A stretch of DNA of 53,683 bases from Thermaceae bacterium (GTDB lineage Bacteria > Deinococcota > Deinococci > Deinococcales > Marinithermaceae), in contig WIAM01000013.1 of assembly GCA_015519965.1 (NCBI GenBank), positions 1-53,683 on the forward strand, read 5' to 3'. A program made the translations under genes and the position numbers. The stretch's first letter is position 1. Every line of letters begins with the position of its first letter. This document shows positions 51,862 to 53,683 of this stretch, piece by piece. The notes beneath the pieces are model-generated. The model was not told where the DNA came from. It saw only the letters and a list, made by a program, of their open reading frames with translations, and searched no databases.

Positions 51862-52823
51862 CGACGTCCCTCCAATCGGCTCCCGGCCCGTTCGGTCAGA
51901 TGGATGTAGACATCGTCCATGGTCGGACTCGACACCTTGACTTCCTCCACGAGGCCCTCGCGGGCGAGCGCGGCGGCGACCTCGAGCAACCGACCGAGCT
52001 CATCGGCACGCGGCCGGAAGACCCAAAGCAGGGGTGTTTTCCTTTCGCCTCCCTGGATTCGATTGAGCGACCCCTCCGCTTTTGGGGCCGCGCCCTCTTT
52101 CACCCTCACCTCGACCACCATCCGCTGGGAAACGAGCCGCTTGAGTTCGACCGGCGTACCCATCGCGACCACGCGACCGCGATCGATGAACATCACCCGG
52201 TCGAGGTAACCCTCGGCCTCGGCCAGGATGTGGCTGGTGACGACCACGGTTAAACCGCGATCCCGGCGCATTTCCTCGAGGAACGCCCAAACCCGCCTCC
52301 GGTTCCTGGGGTCGAGGTTGCTCGTCGGTTCGTCGAGCAGCACCCCCCGCGGTTCCCCCATGAACGCGGTGAGGAGCGTCAAGACCCGCTGCTGTCCCCC
52401 GCTCAGGCGGCTAAAGCGTTTCGATGCCTGGCCGAGAAGGTCGAAGCGCTCCAGGAGTTCCTTGGCCCACTTCTCGGCAATCCGGGGAGGCAACCCCCGC
52501 AGCACCCCGGCATGCAGCAAGACCTCGGCGGCCCGATAATACCTGAACACGGGAACCCGCTGGCCAACCGTACTGATCGTTTTCGAAACCAGATCCGGAA
52601 CCTCGACGATATTCCTTCCTTCGAGCAGAATCGAGCCCGAGCTCGGCCGCAGCAACCCGGCGAGCTGACGGACGAATGTCGTCTTCCCGGCACCATTCGG
52701 CCCGAAGATGCCGAGGATCTCACCTTCGTAAATGTCGATCGTAATTCCATCATTGGCCAAGACGTTGCCACGCCGGTATCTCTTGGTGAGATCGCGAACT
52801 TGGTACAGCGCCCGCCGCCCCAT
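51858..52823 (-). CDS. ABC transporter ATP-binding protein (DrrA/CcmA-like) with C-terminal accessory domain
   Basis: Walker A GPNGAGKTT, signature LSGGQQR, Walker B VLLDEPTSNLD. Confidence 0.9.
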   Translation of the reverse strand: MGRRALYQVRDLTKRYRRGNVLANDGITIDIYEGEILGIFGPNGAGKTTFVRQLAGLLRPSSGSILLEGRNIVEVPDLVSKTISTVGQRVPVFRYYRAAEVLLHAGVLRGLPPRIAEKWAKELLERFDLLGQASKRFSRLSGGQQRVLTLLTAFMGEPRGVLLDEPTSNLDPRNRRRVWAFLEEMRRDRGLTVVVTSHILAEAEGYLDRVMFIDRGRVVAMGTPVELKRLVSQRMVVEVRVKEGAAPKAEGSLNRIQGGERKTPLLWVFRPRADELGRLLEVAAALAREGLVEEVKVSSPTMDDVYIHLTERAGSRLEGRR

Positions 52824-52833
52824 AACAGCCCCT

Positions 52834-53112
52834 CTACGACTCGTGCCGGGGGTACCAGTCCTGGGCCAAAAGCCCCCACACCTCGAGATCGACCCACTTC
52901 CCCTTTTTCCAAATTACCGACCGTCTCACACCCTCGTGGGTCAAACCAGCCTTCTTGAAAAGGCGATTGGCGATCGTGTTGTCCGCAAGAACGAGCGCTT
53001 CAACGCGGTGCAAATTCAACCCTTCGAACGCATAGGCGACGAGCAGGCGAAGCGCCTCGAGACCCCGCCCTTGCGAGCGGTATCTCCACTCACCAATGAA
53101 GAACGGCGGCAA
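52834..53112 (-). pseudogene. N-terminally truncated GNAT (RimJ/RimL-like) acetyltransferase remnant
   Basis: Only the C-terminal ~92 codons are GNAT-like (WRYRSQGRGLEALRLLVAYAFEGLNLHRVEALVLADNTIANRLFKKAGLTHEG...). The upstream part of track ORF 52834..53397 is an alternative frame of the PiT gene. The only in-frame start after the PiT stop is TTG 53112. Confidence 0.55.
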
Positions 53113-53140
53113 AATCCGCCCACGCGGCCGCCACCGGCCC

Positions 53141-53683
53141 CTAAGGAAGCACAGGCAGGTTGAAGACGTTTTGCAAGACATAAAGCCCGACCAGAGCCAC
53201 CGCTGCCGCGGTGAGCGGGGCGAGGATCCACCCGGCGGCGATGCGCCGGAGCAACCCCCAGCGCACCCGTTCCCCGGGAATGAGTAGCCCAAGCCCCACC
53301 ACCGCGCCGACCACCGCCTGGGAGCTCGAGACAGGGACCAGCGGCGGCGGCGGGAGCCCCAGCGACGAAACGAAGTCGGCGAAGCGCTGGGAAGCAAAGG
53401 CCAAGAGCACCAGCGATTGCGAGACCACCACTACCCAGGCCGCAAGCGGCGTGAGCTTGACGATGTCCCGCCCCACGGTCATCATTACCCGGTAGGAGTA
53501 GGTGTAGATGCCGACGGCGATCGCCAAACCACCGAGCAACAGCAGCATCCGCACCGGTGACAAAACCACCACCCCCCCCACCTCGAGGGGCAAAAAGAGC
53601 CGGTCGGCCATGGGGAGGAACACCCCCACCACGTTGGCGATGTTGTTGGCCCCGAGGGAGTAAGCGCCAAACGCCCCAGCGGC
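53141..53683 (-). CDS. PiT-family inorganic phosphate transporter, N-terminus beyond the window edge
   Basis: The open frame continues to the window end (AAGAFGAYSLGANNIANVVGVF...), a variant of the GANDVAN signature. Polytopic C-terminal half. Confidence 0.85.
   Translation of the reverse strand, partial: AAGAFGAYSLGANNIANVVGVFLPMADRLFLPLEVGGVVVLSPVRMLLLLGGLAIAVGIYTYSYRVMMTVGRDIVKLTPLAAWVVVVSQSLVLLAFASQRFADFVSSLGLPPPPLVPVSSSQAVVGAVVGLGLLIPGERVRWGLLRRIAAGWILAPLTAAAVALVGLYVLQNVFNLPVLP

Noticed and set aside
52834-53397. Full 187-aa track ORF as an intact GNAT
   Set aside because: Its first ~95 residues (Ser/Arg/Trp/Gly-rich) are an alternative frame of the PiT transporter C-terminus. Only the last ~92 codons are GNAT-like.

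Overview
Very GC-rich, GC3-saturated, densely packed chromosomal window with about 60 protein genes and 3 tRNAs. It reads like core energy metabolism of a Thermus / Deinococcus-Thermus-type thermophile. That placement is an inference from the fbcC-X-F-B gene order, a small GidA-related protein, the SBP signal peptides and -10 boxes abutting start codons.

Gene content, left to right:
- acuC (partial) and acuB plus two orphan BMP/nucleoside-type ABC permeases (-).
- ubiE/menG, a hypothetical and a small GidA-like flavoprotein (+).
- mutY and a CoA-binding protein (-).
- A small beta-barrel candidate, a CUT1 sugar ABC system and a TIM-barrel isomerase (+).
- A menaquinol:cytochrome c reductase operon (di-haem cyt c, FbcX-like, Rieske, cyt b).
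- A LacI-controlled sugar ABC operon ending in a GT4 glycosyltransferase and a GH13_18 sucrose-phosphorylase-family enzyme.
- An A-type haem-copper oxidase operon (-), headed by a Met-rich membrane cupredoxin and tailed by an unannotated 34-aa ORF, divergent from a GAF histidine kinase / NarL-type regulator pair.
- A decayed vapBC, ferritin, trxB, and tRNA-Gln/Glu/Glu.
- LptF/G-, LptD- and LptA-like genes.
- An 11-gene nuoABCDHIJKLMN operon with no nuoEFG.
- An amidase, an EamA transporter, an ABC_ATPase-family protein, an intact vapBC, an ABC-2 exporter, a truncated GNAT and a partial PiT phosphate transporter.

No CRISPR array, transposase, integrase or recognisable defence island was seen. 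The two most system-like novelties are (i) the cupredoxin-headed oxidase operon with its divergent two-component system and palindromic sites, and (ii) the NuoEFG-less complex I operon. Many long ORFs in the track are antisense shadows typical of high-GC DNA and were rejected. All functional calls rest on motif recognition by eye; no database search was run.
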